Position numbers and translations under genes: made by a program
The notes under the pieces: generated by a model
What the model was told of the DNA's origin: nothing
The model's input: the letters and a program-made list of their open reading frames with translations, nothing else
The model's database searches: none
In this document: piece by piece, positions 36,760-47,347 of the stretch
Layout of the letters: the number at the start of each line of letters is the position of its first letter
Position numbering within the stretch: position 1 is the stretch's first letter
Virus record (IMG/VR): IMGVR_UViG_3300020451_002055
Direction: 5' to 3' (one strand)
DNA length: 64,000 nucleotides
Source of the DNA: a virus
Lineage: Duplodnaviria > Heunggongvirae > Uroviricota > Caudoviricetes

Positions 36760-37808
36760 TCGGTCTCCGATCGAACGATGTCTTGGATGATCGCCTTGAT
36801 GTCATACTGACGCTGCCAGTTCGGGTAATGGGTCTCGAACTTGCTCGTATCCGATATCCACCAAAGATGGTCTCCAACTCTGTTCTGTTCTTGATAGCTG
36901 TAGTCAAGCTTCTTGCCCGAGAATTCTTCAGCCATGGAGATCGCTTCGAGCATAGAGCAGTTCGAGTATCTGCTGCCTCCAATGTTGTAGACCTCTCCGC
37001 TTCGAGGGTTCTTGTAGAACTCGTAGAAAGCGGTAGCCAAGTCATGAGAATGTATGTTATCTCTGACTTGCTTACCCTTGTATCCGAAGACCGTATACGG
37101 CTTGCCATGAACAACGCATTTGACCAAGTAGGAAAGGAAGCCATGAAGTTCGACGCCGGAATGACATGGACCAGTCAAGCAGCCACCTCTGAAGCAGGCG
37201 GTATTGAGATCGAAGTAGCGACCATACTCTTGAACCATAACATCTGCAGCAACCTTGCTCGCCCCAAAGATGCTGTGGGTTGAGTTGTCAATCGAAAGCG
37301 TTTCATCGAAACCTTGGTAGAACTCGCTTCTCAACGGAGCTTCGTACCTCGTCTCAAGTTCTTCATACTCGAAGATGTTAGGCCTGTCTCCATAGACTTT
37401 GTTGGTTGATGTAAAGATGAAAGAAGCTTCGGGCGAATGTTGCCTGTAAGCTTCGAGCATATTCATTGTTCCTACCGCATTGACGCCGAAGTCCGTATGA
37501 GGCTCTTTGGCTGCCCAATCATGAGAAGGCTGAGCGGCGCAATGAACAACGAGATCAATGTCCGAGTTGAATCTGCTGAAGACTTGATCTATCGCGTCCT
37601 TGTCTCTGATGTCGGCATTCATATGGACATATGAGTCGTAGTCCTGCAATTTCGATACCATGCCATCTGTTGATCCTCGATCCCCAAAGAAGTAAGAACG
37701 CATGTTGTTATCGATACCAACAACTTCAAAGCCTTTGTTCAAGAAGAACAAACAAACCTCTGAACCAACAAGGCCTCCTGATCCTGTAACGATAACTACC
37801 TTAGACAT
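36756..37808 (-). CDS. CDP-paratose 2-epimerase-like extended SDR
   Basis: [33 protein letters not shown]. Confidence 0.88.
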   Translation of the reverse strand: MSKVVIVTGSGGLVGSEVCLFFLNKGFEVVGIDNNMRSYFFGDRGSTDGMVSKLQDYDSYVHMNADIRDKDAIDQVFSRFNSDIDLVVHCAAQPSHDWAAKEPHTDFGVNAVGTMNMLEAYRQHSPEASFIFTSTNKVYGDRPNIFEYEELETRYEAPLRSEFYQGFDETLSIDNSTHSIFGASKVAADVMVQEYGRYFDLNTACFRGGCLTGPCHSGVELHGFLSYLVKCVVHGKPYTVFGYKGKQVRDNIHSHDLATAFYEFYKNPRSGEVYNIGGSRYSNCSMLEAISMAEEFSGKKLDYSYQEQNRVGDHLWWISDTSKFETHYPNWQRQYDIKAIIQDIVRSETE

Positions 37809-38481
37809 CTGACACCTCGCTTGCCATTTTAGAAAGAATGGTAATGACTTCCGTAGAAGTCTGACTCCAATCGTTGCTGTTTATACGACCAAGAAGTTCT
37901 ATGTTGTCTTGCAAGCTTTTCATGAGTTGCTGCTTCTGGTCAACCGGGTAAACCTTGCGGCCTTCAAGATTAAGAGAGATCGGAATGCCTTTGGTTTCCG
38001 CTTGGGAAAAGTCCCAATGGTCCGAATGCTCGGTTCTGCGGAAGTCCCAAGGATGGATAGCTGCCAAGCCTGCGTTCTCCATAAATCGAGTCAGGCTAGC
38101 CTCATCAAAGAGCATGTAATGGAAGTTTTGCTCATAGGTCTGTCCTCCCATGAAGGGGCCTATGACCGATGAAATATCTCCGCAAGACTGGTATATCTCG
38201 ATGAGACGCTCTAGGGAAGGAACGGATACTCGCAGCAGTCCTCCGGGCTTGAGAACCCTGACCCATTCGGTCAAGATGGACTGTATATCGCTTCGCTTGA
38301 AATGCTCAAGAACATGAGCCACATATACCATGTCAAAGGTATCATCTTCAAACTGATCGAGAGGGTAAATGTCGCCCTCATGCTGAACGCCCGGAATGTT
38401 CCTGATATCCATGTTCTCGAACGGCTCGGGCAGGATGACGGTCCCGCAGCCCAAGTGTAGATATCGCTTACTCGTACTCAT
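37801..38481 (-). CDS. SAM methyltransferase (type 11-like)
   Basis: [23 protein letters not shown]. Confidence 0.85.
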   Translation of the reverse strand: MSTSKRYLHLGCGTVILPEPFENMDIRNIPGVQHEGDIYPLDQFEDDTFDMVYVAHVLEHFKRSDIQSILTEWVRVLKPGGLLRVSVPSLERLIEIYQSCGDISSVIGPFMGGQTYEQNFHYMLFDEASLTRFMENAGLAAIHPWDFRRTEHSDHWDFSQAETKGIPISLNLEGRKVYPVDQKQQLMKSLQDNIELLGRINSNDWSQTSTEVITILSKMASEVSDV

Positions 38482-39566
38482 TTTAGTAGCCTCGCAATAG
38501 TTGTCATGTAAGTTTCGGTTGCGTTGAAATCCTCGCCTCCGGACAAGGTATCCCTAATGAACGACAAATCTCTACCTGACTCCTCTTGATCCTGCAGAGT
38601 ATTCGCTATCTTGGTTGAGTCCAAAGGAACCAGTCCTTGGAACCCCTTCAAACTCCCAATCATGCCGTATCCATCTAATACGGCTGTTGGTATGCCTAAC
38701 TGGATAGACTTGAACGCCAAAGTTGATGGAGCAGACACTACATACTTAGAGTCCGCTATAAGTTGATTATCGTCATCTACGTCGTAAATGCATTCTACAT
38801 TTGGGTATTTGCTGAGAGCTTTTCGGAGAGAATCGCATTGCCTGCTCTTCGGAAACCGGCTCTTCTCTTTGACTATGATCTTGCAGCCAGTCTTTTCTGA
38901 AAGCTCTAATACTCCGGACTCGACGAATCTCTCTTCATGAAAGAAGAGGTATCCTGTCTCTTTCTGGTCCTTCTTTCTCGTGTAGTTAGGAATGACCAGT
39001 ATATGCTTTTGATTCAGATCATAAGAAGATAGGTCATCATTGCTAGGAACTCCGCCGGGAAATATCTTGTCGGAAGCTCCCCATTCTCTGCAATCCTTCG
39101 GCCCAAAAACGAACGAGTAGTCGTAGGCCCATCCGATCTGTCTATGGATGTAGCCGTCATACTCTCTATTGCCATGAGGACATGCAACTACAGGTATGTC
39201 GAAATGCTTTGCCCATCTATAGATAGCAGGCGTTCCTCTCGCTACTTTGCAAAGGTTGTCATCAAAGATGATCAGATCATACTTCTTGAAGTCGATACCT
39301 CGACATAGAGCTTTTCCATTCTCGCAGCTTTTAGCTAGCTCTTTGAACGTAGCTCCCTCAAAGACTTGGCCGCAGACCCTTTTGCATAGATCGTAGAATG
39401 GATGCCTTACGTCAACATCGCCCGCCCAAGGAGTGCCCGGACTCATCTGTCCAAGCAGAAGAACATCGCAACCGTATTTCTCGGCAAGGGGTTCAACAAG
39501 GGGGTATACTTTCTCTCCGCATCGATAGATGGTCGCAACTAGAAGTACGCTCACTTCTTCTCCCAA
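38478..39566 (-). CDS. GT-B fold glycosyltransferase-like (possible ulosonate transferase)
   Basis: PHG, FG, GVPSND, LIADS..VVSAPST..FKSI.LGIP. Confidence 0.6.
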   Translation of the reverse strand: MGEEVSVLLVATIYRCGEKVYPLVEPLAEKYGCDVLLLGQMSPGTPWAGDVDVRHPFYDLCKRVCGQVFEGATFKELAKSCENGKALCRGIDFKKYDLIIFDDNLCKVARGTPAIYRWAKHFDIPVVACPHGNREYDGYIHRQIGWAYDYSFVFGPKDCREWGASDKIFPGGVPSNDDLSSYDLNQKHILVIPNYTRKKDQKETGYLFFHEERFVESGVLELSEKTGCKIIVKEKSRFPKSRQCDSLRKALSKYPNVECIYDVDDDNQLIADSKYVVSAPSTLAFKSIQLGIPTAVLDGYGMIGSLKGFQGLVPLDSTKIANTLQDQEESGRDLSFIRDTLSGGEDFNATETYMTTIARLLK

Positions 39567-40177
39567 GAGGTAAATCTTGCTTTCGTCTTAGGCCTTTGGA
39601 AATCGCTCTTAGACAGCCAAGGCCTGCCTGTATCCTTGATGATGGGGCGCTTGCCCATGCAGGTTATATTCTTGGGAAATATGCCGTCTACTCGCAACTG
39701 AACTTCAGGATTCAGTTCTTCATTCAACTTGCCCGCAAATCTCTTATACAGAGACTTCCTCCATACGCTAGGGCTCAAGCATAGAGACTTGTAAGGATAC
39801 TTGTAAGCTCGAAAAGCGACCTCAAGAATGTCCGGATCATCGAATCTCTTGAGAACATCATTCATGCCGATAGATCGGAGAAGCTCCCAATCGTCTTCAA
39901 GATGGAATATGTAATCCGAATCGGCTTGAGACCAGAGCCAGTTTACGGCTGCGGTAAAATTGGGCTTATCAGGAGTTCGGTGAACTACATTGCCAAAGAA
40001 GCTCTTGGCGACTTCAAGGGTAGCCTGTTGCTTCTCAGCTTCCGGAACGGGATCGATGTTGATGTATAGGGTGGACTTGGAAAAGTCAATACCCGTTAGG
40101 TTGGAACTGAAAGACTCGTATGTCTTACGGAGTATCTCAGGACGGGAGCATGCTGTTGTAGTGAAAGAGACATTCAT
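39551..40177 (-). CDS. Glycosyltransferase family 2-like
   Basis: TACSRPE.L, INID, IFHLEDDW. Confidence 0.75.
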   Translation of the reverse strand: MNVSFTTTACSRPEILRKTYESFSSNLTGIDFSKSTLYINIDPVPEAEKQQATLEVAKSFFGNVVHRTPDKPNFTAAVNWLWSQADSDYIFHLEDDWELLRSIGMNDVLKRFDDPDILEVAFRAYKYPYKSLCLSPSVWRKSLYKRFAGKLNEELNPEVQLRVDGIFPKNITCMGKRPIIKDTGRPWLSKSDFQRPKTKARFTSWEKK

Positions 40178-41130
40178 ACCTGTTTGAGTATCCTTTCCTT
40201 GCAGGCAGCTATAGAAAGATGACTGTCGTAATAAGCCCTAGGCTGATACGATTCAAGATTGCCGAGGACTTCTCGAACAGCCTCGAAGAACTCTCCCTTT
40301 GCTGCCATCTTGCCTGTATGGTCATTGATATATCTATCCTTCCATACATGAACAGAGTTCAGGCAGACTATTGGCGTATCGCAAGCCAAAGACTCTGGTA
40401 TGACGCGAGGACAAGAATCATACGAAGTAGAGCAGCAGACTGCTATTTTGGCCTGAGCGTAGTAGGATGGCAAATCTTTGCGAGGCAGACGCTTTCTTGT
40501 AAACGTGACATGAGGGTTATTGTTGACTATGCCCTTTGGAGTATTCCCTACAACTAATGCCTTCAAGTCTTTGGGCAAGTTCTCCAAGAAGAAGTCAAGG
40601 CCCTTCATTCTCGCATGATTTACGGAGAACATAATGTCATACTTGACATCGCCATCTACCGGTCTGAAGATATTTTCTGCCGCGGGCTTGATAAGAAGAT
40701 CGCTCTTGATCTGAGGAAACTTCTTCTTGGCCTCCTCAAGCTGACGCTCCGAGTCAACGAGTATGAGGTTGTAACCTTTGAAGTCAAACTTGGGCAAATA
40801 CCGGACGCCTGCTCCGTAGTATATCTTGAAAGCGTTGGGGTGACGCCTGAGAACCTGATCGTATGGTTTGAAGCCGCCTCTACAGAAAATGATGTCAGGA
40901 TCAAAGTCATGCTTCGTAGAACCGAATGAAGGTATCCATCTCTCTATGAAGTTGTCAGCGAACTTCTTTTTACGGGTTCCGTCCCAATACCATATCTGAC
41001 CGCTACCATCCTTAGCTATCTCGTAAGCTAACTGAGTCCACATATCATCGTTGTCTTCTATCCTGTCAAAGACAATCTCTTGCGGATTTCTGTCTTGAGG
41101 AACTTGCCCTCTCAGGAATAGAAGCTTCAT
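40174..41130 (-). CDS. Glycosyltransferase (GT4-like)
   Basis: RMKG, DSCPRVIPESLACDTPIV. Confidence 0.8.
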   Translation of the reverse strand: MKLLFLRGQVPQDRNPQEIVFDRIEDNDDMWTQLAYEIAKDGSGQIWYWDGTRKKKFADNFIERWIPSFGSTKHDFDPDIIFCRGGFKPYDQVLRRHPNAFKIYYGAGVRYLPKFDFKGYNLILVDSERQLEEAKKKFPQIKSDLLIKPAAENIFRPVDGDVKYDIMFSVNHARMKGLDFFLENLPKDLKALVVGNTPKGIVNNNPHVTFTRKRLPRKDLPSYYAQAKIAVCCSTSYDSCPRVIPESLACDTPIVCLNSVHVWKDRYINDHTGKMAAKGEFFEAVREVLGNLESYQPRAYYDSHLSIAACKERILKQV

Positions 41131-42047
41131 CTCTTGCCCTCCGAAATCAGATGTTCAATATGAGCCGTCAGTTTTCTCATATTGGTCGGGCGGTCGCCGA
41201 TCTTTTCCTTGATAGTCTTTTCTGCGTTTGACTGAAGCCTGTTTCGTAAAGCTTCATCCTCCATAAGACGCTTTACGTCTGATGCCCCTTGCTTGATGGC
41301 TCTCGCTCTATAGACCATACAGGTCTCATCGTTGATTCCGTAGTCCGCATTGCCGCTTTGGGGGTGATCGGTAAGAACCAGGGCGGCTCCGCATAGGGTA
41401 GCTTCTATAGGAACATTCTGAAGCCCCTCGTTCTCGCTCGCTGATACCCAGACAGCGCATGAGCTATAGAAGTCTCGCAACTCATCGACCTTGCCGGAAC
41501 GGATATCCCGATTGAGCATGCGAGAGGAGTATCCCGCTCTCTTGGCAATGTCTAAACAGTCTTTGGATCGCTTGGATTGCTTGGGGTGAGAAATGCCGCC
41601 GACGACGAGATCGGCAGGCCTTGAACGATACCATTGATCAAAGTCAATGCCTTGATAAATGACCTTGGAATCTGTGCCCCTTCGTTTCAGTTCTTCATGA
41701 ATCCAACTTGAGTTGGTAACTACATTGATCGAAGCATAGGTATCCCATAAGACATGATCCTTGGCTTGCCAAACCTCATGACCTCTTACATACCAGAGTT
41801 TTGTCCTTGCTCCGCGAAACTTCTTTGTCGTCTTGACGCTATGGTAGCCGGTTGCTATCAGAGCATCGCACTCCGGTATCTTGCGAACAAAAGGGATGTC
41901 GGTCTTGAACCATGAAGCTCGATTGGCAGTACCGGATATCAATACCTCATGCCCGAGGTCTCGCAGAGTCTCCGCAGAACGAATGATCGTTCTTGACCCT
42001 CCGTTGTTCCCAAGACCTACATCATGAGCATTGAATACGATCTTCAT
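41127..42047 (-). CDS. Glycosyltransferase (GT4-like)
   Basis: NGG....A..L..LGHEV, ENEGLQNVPIEATLCG. Confidence 0.85.
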   Translation of the reverse strand: MKIVFNAHDVGLGNNGGSRTIIRSAETLRDLGHEVLISGTANRASWFKTDIPFVRKIPECDALIATGYHSVKTTKKFRGARTKLWYVRGHEVWQAKDHVLWDTYASINVVTNSSWIHEELKRRGTDSKVIYQGIDFDQWYRSRPADLVVGGISHPKQSKRSKDCLDIAKRAGYSSRMLNRDIRSGKVDELRDFYSSCAVWVSASENEGLQNVPIEATLCGAALVLTDHPQSGNADYGINDETCMVYRARAIKQGASDVKRLMEDEALRNRLQSNAEKTIKEKIGDRPTNMRKLTAHIEHLISEGKR

Positions 42048-42787
42048 TTCTTCTTGCCTCTGGGTTCAGCCTCTCCTATCGGCACGTTGCGAAGAAACAT
42101 GTGGAAGCGATGCTTGCGTTCGTTTCTGTTCTCAATCCATTCAACTCGGTTCTCAAACTGCTCAGAAAGAGGCACATCATATCTTCTCATTTGCTTGACT
42201 TTGTATGTATGATGAGACCCCTTACGAGGTTCTAGGTTGCCCGATTTGCTATGGCTCTTCCAGAAGTTCTCATGCTGAACTTGAGTTTCTTGTCCCGGGT
42301 CGGCTGCGTGTAGACTGATTATCGAGAAATCTTGCTCCCTATTGAGCTTTCTCTTTTGCATGGCTTTCTCGTAATTCCAATCAATGCGACCCTGCTTAGC
42401 CGCCTTGAAACCTCCTAGCGCTCTAACTCGTTTAGTATCGTAGACCTTGAACGACCAAGGGGTAGCAGAAGACCAATGCTCGAACAGTCTCCATTCCCAA
42501 AGACCAGCCTGCCTTTTCTTCTGTTCCGGAGCATGAAGAAGGCACCAACTCATATACTCAATAGCTCTAGGATGCATAAGGAAATCGTCATCGATCTTGA
42601 CAAAATGCCTGGTCGGACACTTCTCAAGAACCTCATTCATTGCATCAACCAAAGGCCTGTTGTGATACTCGAAGATAGGTAGCGATACGGTCTGTTCTTC
42701 GAAAGACTTGTAAGCCCATTCAAAAGTAGGTCTACCGCCGGTGAAGATGTAGGCAGTCAACGGAATATGAGGGTCAACTTTGTTCAT
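42044..42787 (-). CDS. GT-A glycosyltransferase-like, paralog A
   Basis: FVKIDDDFLMHPRAIEY. Confidence 0.7.
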   Translation of the reverse strand: MNKVDPHIPLTAYIFTGGRPTFEWAYKSFEEQTVSLPIFEYHNRPLVDAMNEVLEKCPTRHFVKIDDDFLMHPRAIEYMSWCLLHAPEQKKRQAGLWEWRLFEHWSSATPWSFKVYDTKRVRALGGFKAAKQGRIDWNYEKAMQKRKLNREQDFSIISLHAADPGQETQVQHENFWKSHSKSGNLEPRKGSHHTYKVKQMRRYDVPLSEQFENRVEWIENRNERKHRFHMFLRNVPIGEAEPRGKKK

Positions 42788-43443
42788 TGATTTTCCTTGA
42801 GATACTTAGAGAAGCTTCGCTTAGGAGCATTCTGTTTGTCGATCCATTCAGTTCGCTTGTCATACTGCTCTTTCATAGGAATATCGCATTTGAACATAGC
42901 GCTTCGATGATTCTTCATATGTCTTCCAGAAGGCGAGTTTCTGGCCCATATCTTCTCATACTTCCTCAAGTCCTCGTTGGGAGCGGACGAATGAAGAGCG
43001 ATTACGCTTGGATCATTGATGTACCTTAGATTGGCATTGCGGCAATCCTCCAAAAACGGAGGGTCTACTCTGCCTGAACTTCTGGCTCTGAATCCTCCAA
43101 CCCTTTTTATGAGGTTTCTGTCATATATTTTGACAGACTGAATGCGCTTCTTAGTAGCAACATCATACAGATGCCAATATCGCATGACCACATCTTTTTC
43201 GAATGGGATGAACTGCTGCAAATACTCAACAGACCTCGGATGAAACAAGAAGTCATCATCCACTTTAAGGAAGTATCGAGATATGTCTCGCCGCTTTGCT
43301 AAATGGTTCATGGCATCGACCATAGTCATGTCTTCCACGACGTGAATCTTGATCTTCATAGTCTGCTCTTGCAAAGAACGTATGCAATAGTCAAAGCTAG
43401 AGCGCCCATTTGTTAGAATACATGCGTCGAATACTGAAGTCAT
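42784..43443 (-). CDS. GT-A glycosyltransferase-like, paralog B
   Basis: FLKVDDDFLFHPRSVEY; co-linear with 42044-42787. Confidence 0.7.
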   Translation of the reverse strand: MTSVFDACILTNGRSSFDYCIRSLQEQTMKIKIHVVEDMTMVDAMNHLAKRRDISRYFLKVDDDFLFHPRSVEYLQQFIPFEKDVVMRYWHLYDVATKKRIQSVKIYDRNLIKRVGGFRARSSGRVDPPFLEDCRNANLRYINDPSVIALHSSAPNEDLRKYEKIWARNSPSGRHMKNHRSAMFKCDIPMKEQYDKRTEWIDKQNAPKRSFSKYLKENQ

Positions 43444-44222
43444 TTGATGCTCTCAAGGAAAGGGATAAGCCTACTCTTGTAAAGGCCATCATTTAGGTTG
43501 CGGGTTTGAATGTGCTGAATCTCTTTGAAGGTAGACCGGTTCTTGATCATGTCTGTCTTATGCCAAAAGACCATGCCTCGAACCCTTAAGGCTCCGGCTA
43601 CATGGTAAAGGCCGGTATCGTTTGAAACGAATGCATCGCATCTGGCTAGAACAGAAACGCTCTTTCTGAGATTCAACTTACCCGCGAGAACAATGCATTT
43701 GCTGGTATCATTGGCTTTCCAGAAGTTGTTTACATCTCCCTTTGAACCAAGAAGAACAGGAACCATGCCATGACGAACGATCTCATCTATCATCATTTGT
43801 CTATTGGAGGCTCCGATGTCTTTTCTCTTCTTCAATACTGTTCCAAGACAGCCATGAAAGACAGCTATATACTTCTTGTCTTCTTGTATCTCAAAGTCAT
43901 ACTCTGAAGCATCTGGCCGGTCAACATATGTCGAAGGGATTGGACCCTTGTGCCCAAGCTGTATCCTGCAATAGGCTTCCGAGTCTGTTTCTTCGCCTCT
44001 CCTAGCTTTCGGATGTCTACTTGAACCGTATGAAGCAGGACCGGCAGGCCTCTTCTTTAGAACCTTGATGAAGTCTGCGTCTCTGTATAGAGTAGCAAGC
44101 TGATCGTTCGTAAAGAACGTAGGAACAGGTTTCCCTATCCGCTTGCTTTGCAACTGCATCATGGGCGTTGCCATAACGAAGTTACCAAGTCCCCAGTCTC
44201 TTTCTTGTATGAAATAGCTCAT
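43440..44222 (-). CDS. Glycosyltransferase family 9-like
   Basis: GLGNFVMATP, LAGKLNL, FVSNDTGLYHVAGAL. Confidence 0.85.
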   Translation of the reverse strand: MSYFIQERDWGLGNFVMATPMMQLQSKRIGKPVPTFFTNDQLATLYRDADFIKVLKKRPAGPASYGSSRHPKARRGEETDSEAYCRIQLGHKGPIPSTYVDRPDASEYDFEIQEDKKYIAVFHGCLGTVLKKRKDIGASNRQMMIDEIVRHGMVPVLLGSKGDVNNFWKANDTSKCIVLAGKLNLRKSVSVLARCDAFVSNDTGLYHVAGALRVRGMVFWHKTDMIKNRSTFKEIQHIQTRNLNDGLYKSRLIPFLESIK

Positions 44223-44224
44223 GA

Positions 44225-45199
44225 TTACATATGCGGCAGCATGCGGCCAATGACATCAACCCATCTGAATCCATTGAGAACGAAGTTTCGAGCGGGGTTA
44301 GGATCGAAGTTCTCTTTCAAGTGTTCAAGCATCTCAAATGCATGGTCGTTTATCTTGCTGTAATGATGCGATGTAGAAGGGTTCATCAAGTCAGTGTGCA
44401 GTCGATTCTTCATGGAGACGACATGAGCGCCGCATGCTTGGGTCTCGATGACCGGAAGCTCATACAAGCCCGATATGCCGCTGATGTAGACATGGGCTCT
44501 CTTGTAGACCTCTACAACATCAGTAAACTTCTCCTTGGGACGAGCCTTGCCCGCCCTATTGAATCCCAAGAAGTCAACCTTATAGCCTCGCTTTGTTAGC
44601 GACTCGATGATATCAAGAGACATCTTGATAGTTGGAGCATCGGTCGGTCCTCTCGATCCGTCTACAAGAACAGTAAACTCGTCTTGGTTGGGATAAAGAA
44701 GCTCGGTATCCGCCCCTCGGCCAACGAAGTAGGACCGACTAAGAAGACGCTGCCTTGGAGAATTATACTGACCGTTCTTGTAGTAGGGATTGGACAGGTT
44801 TAGGTAAGCCTTTCGAGACAGAAAGTAGGCGTCGAAGATGCTACTAGCAGGTATCAGATTCGTGTAGTAGTATCTGCGCTTGCATTTTGCTTTGATACTC
44901 TTCATTAGCGGAGCAATCTCTCTGACCATGACATCCGTATCGTAGTAACATAGAAAGCAATGATCATATGAACTATCGAGAGGTTGTACACCTTTTCTGG
45001 GAACAAAATGGTAGTCCACCTTAGCTCCGCACATCTCAAAAAGCGACCCGATAGAAAAGCCTAGGACTGCATAAATGCTATTGATGTTTCTGTTGGGTCT
45101 ATAGCGGCTGGCAATACAGATGCGGCTTCCGTCTACCTTGGACCGGATAGCTTCCTCCATGCCAGAATCTTGCAAAGTCTTGTAAAGCGTGTCGTACAA
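44225..45199 (-). CDS. Glycosyltransferase (GT4-like)
   Basis: YKRAHVY, YELPVIETQACG, F.W at C-end. Confidence 0.7.
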   Translation of the reverse strand: MYDTLYKTLQDSGMEEAIRSKVDGSRICIASRYRPNRNINSIYAVLGFSIGSLFEMCGAKVDYHFVPRKGVQPLDSSYDHCFLCYYDTDVMVREIAPLMKSIKAKCKRRYYYTNLIPASSIFDAYFLSRKAYLNLSNPYYKNGQYNSPRQRLLSRSYFVGRGADTELLYPNQDEFTVLVDGSRGPTDAPTIKMSLDIIESLTKRGYKVDFLGFNRAGKARPKEKFTDVVEVYKRAHVYISGISGLYELPVIETQACGAHVVSMKNRLHTDLMNPSTSHHYSKINDHAFEMLEHLKENFDPNPARNFVLNGFRWVDVIGRMLPHM

Positions 45200-45209
45200 G
45201 CTAGTCTCC

Positions 45210-46253
45210 TTACGTCATACTCTGAGCTAGCTGAACGTAGTCTCTAGCCATATACTTTGCATCAAGATGTTCCATGAAGTATTCCTTTGTATTCGCCTGC
45301 AGACTGGCGAGTAGCTCGGGATTCTGAGCAAGCTTTTTCAGTCGGTTATACATGATCTTACGGTCCTTGCAGATAAATCCATTGTTCCATTTCTTGATAC
45401 ATTCAGTATTTCCTGGTCGGTTGTTGATAATTGCAGGTTTGCCGCACGCTAGAGCCTCAAGCATCGACATGCTAGTTCCCTCGTCCCCTACGATCTCATA
45501 CAAGAAGACATCCCAACTCTTGATGTATGCAATCTTCTTCTCGAAGTCGTTGATTCTACCGGGAAGATTGAGATAGACCTTGTTTTTCTGCTTTCTGTAT
45601 TTCTTGTTTGCCTTCAAAGCATAGTTCCTAGACAAAGAATATCGCTGACCTGCTCCGAGGTAATCGTGCCAATGACTCACGCCCGATATGGGGGTCTCGC
45701 TCAGCCATCGCAGCCATGTCTTAGGGTGCTTTGTCGCATTGAAATTATTGAGACGACCCGAAACAAAATAACCCTCGCGATCCTCGTCTCGCAAAGGCTT
45801 AATATTCTCATATCTACAAGCGTTGACCCCGTTGCGGATCATTACTAGTCCCTTAGACCGAATCTTACGCTTCATCGTATGAAGCATGTGATTTGAAACG
45901 CAAACAAGGTTATCGCAATCCGCAAGACCAACCGGATTTTTTGCTTGAGTATGATTGATGATATTGAAGGGAACCTTGCGATATAGAGCATCAGAAGCTC
46001 CGCTGCAGTTGGTCCTAGATATCTTGTGCATGAAGACTACTGGATTTGTATAGTTGGATCGAATATGATCAAGTATCTGGTCAGTATTGACAACATCATC
46101 TCCCTGGCCGGGAGATTTGCTTGATAGGCTGATAATGGACTGGCTGACTTCATTTCCATGATGTTTGTCGATAGCAAAATGTAGCTCATCAAGCATGCTG
46201 CCAGCGCCGTAGACTAGCTTGTTGGGTATTAGGTGAATGATCTCTACCATCAA
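45210..46253 (-). CDS. Glycosyltransferase (GT4-like)
   Basis: CVS, IRNGV, GRL, EGTSMSMLEALACGKP, NGF. Confidence 0.88.
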   Translation of the reverse strand: MMVEIIHLIPNKLVYGAGSMLDELHFAIDKHHGNEVSQSIISLSSKSPGQGDDVVNTDQILDHIRSNYTNPVVFMHKISRTNCSGASDALYRKVPFNIINHTQAKNPVGLADCDNLVCVSNHMLHTMKRKIRSKGLVMIRNGVNACRYENIKPLRDEDREGYFVSGRLNNFNATKHPKTWLRWLSETPISGVSHWHDYLGAGQRYSLSRNYALKANKKYRKQKNKVYLNLPGRINDFEKKIAYIKSWDVFLYEIVGDEGTSMSMLEALACGKPAIINNRPGNTECIKKWNNGFICKDRKIMYNRLKKLAQNPELLASLQANTKEYFMEHLDAKYMARDYVQLAQSMT

Positions 46254-46264
46254 AACTTCCTTCG

Positions 46265-46906
46265 ATGAAAAACCCTTACGTCAACCTTGAACGCAACGAT
46301 CAACTGCAACGAGGATTCTCTGCTCAAATCAGAGATCAGACAGTTCCCGTTGAATCCTTTATCGGCGATTTGCTCGAATGGATGAGGAAACCTACCAGCA
46401 CTTATGAACCATATGCTAGGTGCATCCGAGAGAGCATAGGGATAGGCAGGAACGGCAAAGACGCAGACATCGAACAGATCAAAAAGTACCTTCCAAGGTT
46501 TGAAGAGATCATGGAAATCTCCAAGATCAAGGGTAGCCCCTTCTCTAAAATGATCCTGAGTGAATCTTTAGGACACAGGTATGCCGACCTTTGGTTATCA
46601 GAAAAGAGTCAAGAGCTAGAATGCAAAATGATCGAAGCCTACAAGATGGCTTACGAATCGGCGGTCGAAGGTAAATATCTAAAGAATCAGGACTCTGCAC
46701 CTTACTGGCTAGCGAAAGCGTATGAGAAAGCCAATCAAGTCGAGAAGGCCTACATCCACTACCGGTTCGTACTGGAACGAAAAGGAGGCCGCTTCAAGCA
46801 GGCCTCCCATAGAGAAAAAATCGAAGAGTCGAGACGGTTCGTCAACGCTCGCCGGTCTCGTTTTCAGTCAACCAGTCGTGACCCATTTCAGCTACCACCT
46901 GCTTAG
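46265..46906 (+). CDS. Hypothetical protein with TPR-like C-terminal helices, opposite strand
   Basis: Fills the gap between GT4 and kdsC; APYWLAKAYEKANQVEKAYIHYRFVL. Confidence 0.65.
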   Translation: MKNPYVNLERNDQLQRGFSAQIRDQTVPVESFIGDLLEWMRKPTSTYEPYARCIRESIGIGRNGKDADIEQIKKYLPRFEEIMEISKIKGSPFSKMILSESLGHRYADLWLSEKSQELECKMIEAYKMAYESAVEGKYLKNQDSAPYWLAKAYEKANQVEKAYIHYRFVLERKGGRFKQASHREKIEESRRFVNARRSRFQSTSRDPFQLPPA

Positions 46907-47345
46907 CGAATGCTCGGATGGCGCATTGACCTCCTTGGGCAGGAATAACAAAATCGGCCTCGTCCTGAACTTCTCGGATAGCATTCCAGGGACAAGCTGA
47001 GAATCCGGCCTTTTTGATGGCCGCCAGATCATTCTCTGCGTCTCCGATGAATCCAACCTCGTCCCAAGTATATTCGTCGCCTATGATCTCTTCTATGGCC
47101 TCTACCTTGTTCTGAACATCAGAAACGCATTCGAGATTTACAGAAGCAGCCTTGACATCCACAGCGCCGTCGTTCGCCCCTGTTAGGATGATGACTCGGA
47201 TGCCAAGCGAGCGAAGCCTATGTATGGCGTGAAAGTCCGCTGTATTGAACACCTTTGTCACTGAGCCGTCCGATGAAACAAAGTAGTTACCATCAGTGAG
47301 CGTCCCATCGCAGTCTATGAACAGAATCTTGAAATCAACCTTCAT
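46842..47345 (-). CDS. kdsC: KdsC-family HAD phosphatase (ulosonate-phosphate phosphatase)
   Basis: DCDGTLTDG, K.FN..D, ILTG, IGDAEND, GG..AIR. Confidence 0.88.
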   Translation of the reverse strand: MKVDFKILFIDCDGTLTDGNYFVSSDGSVTKVFNTADFHAIHRLRSLGIRVIILTGANDGAVDVKAASVNLECVSDVQNKVEAIEEIIGDEYTWDEVGFIGDAENDLAAIKKAGFSACPWNAIREVQDEADFVIPAQGGQCAIRAFAKQVVAEMGHDWLTENETGER

Positions 47346-47347
47346 TG

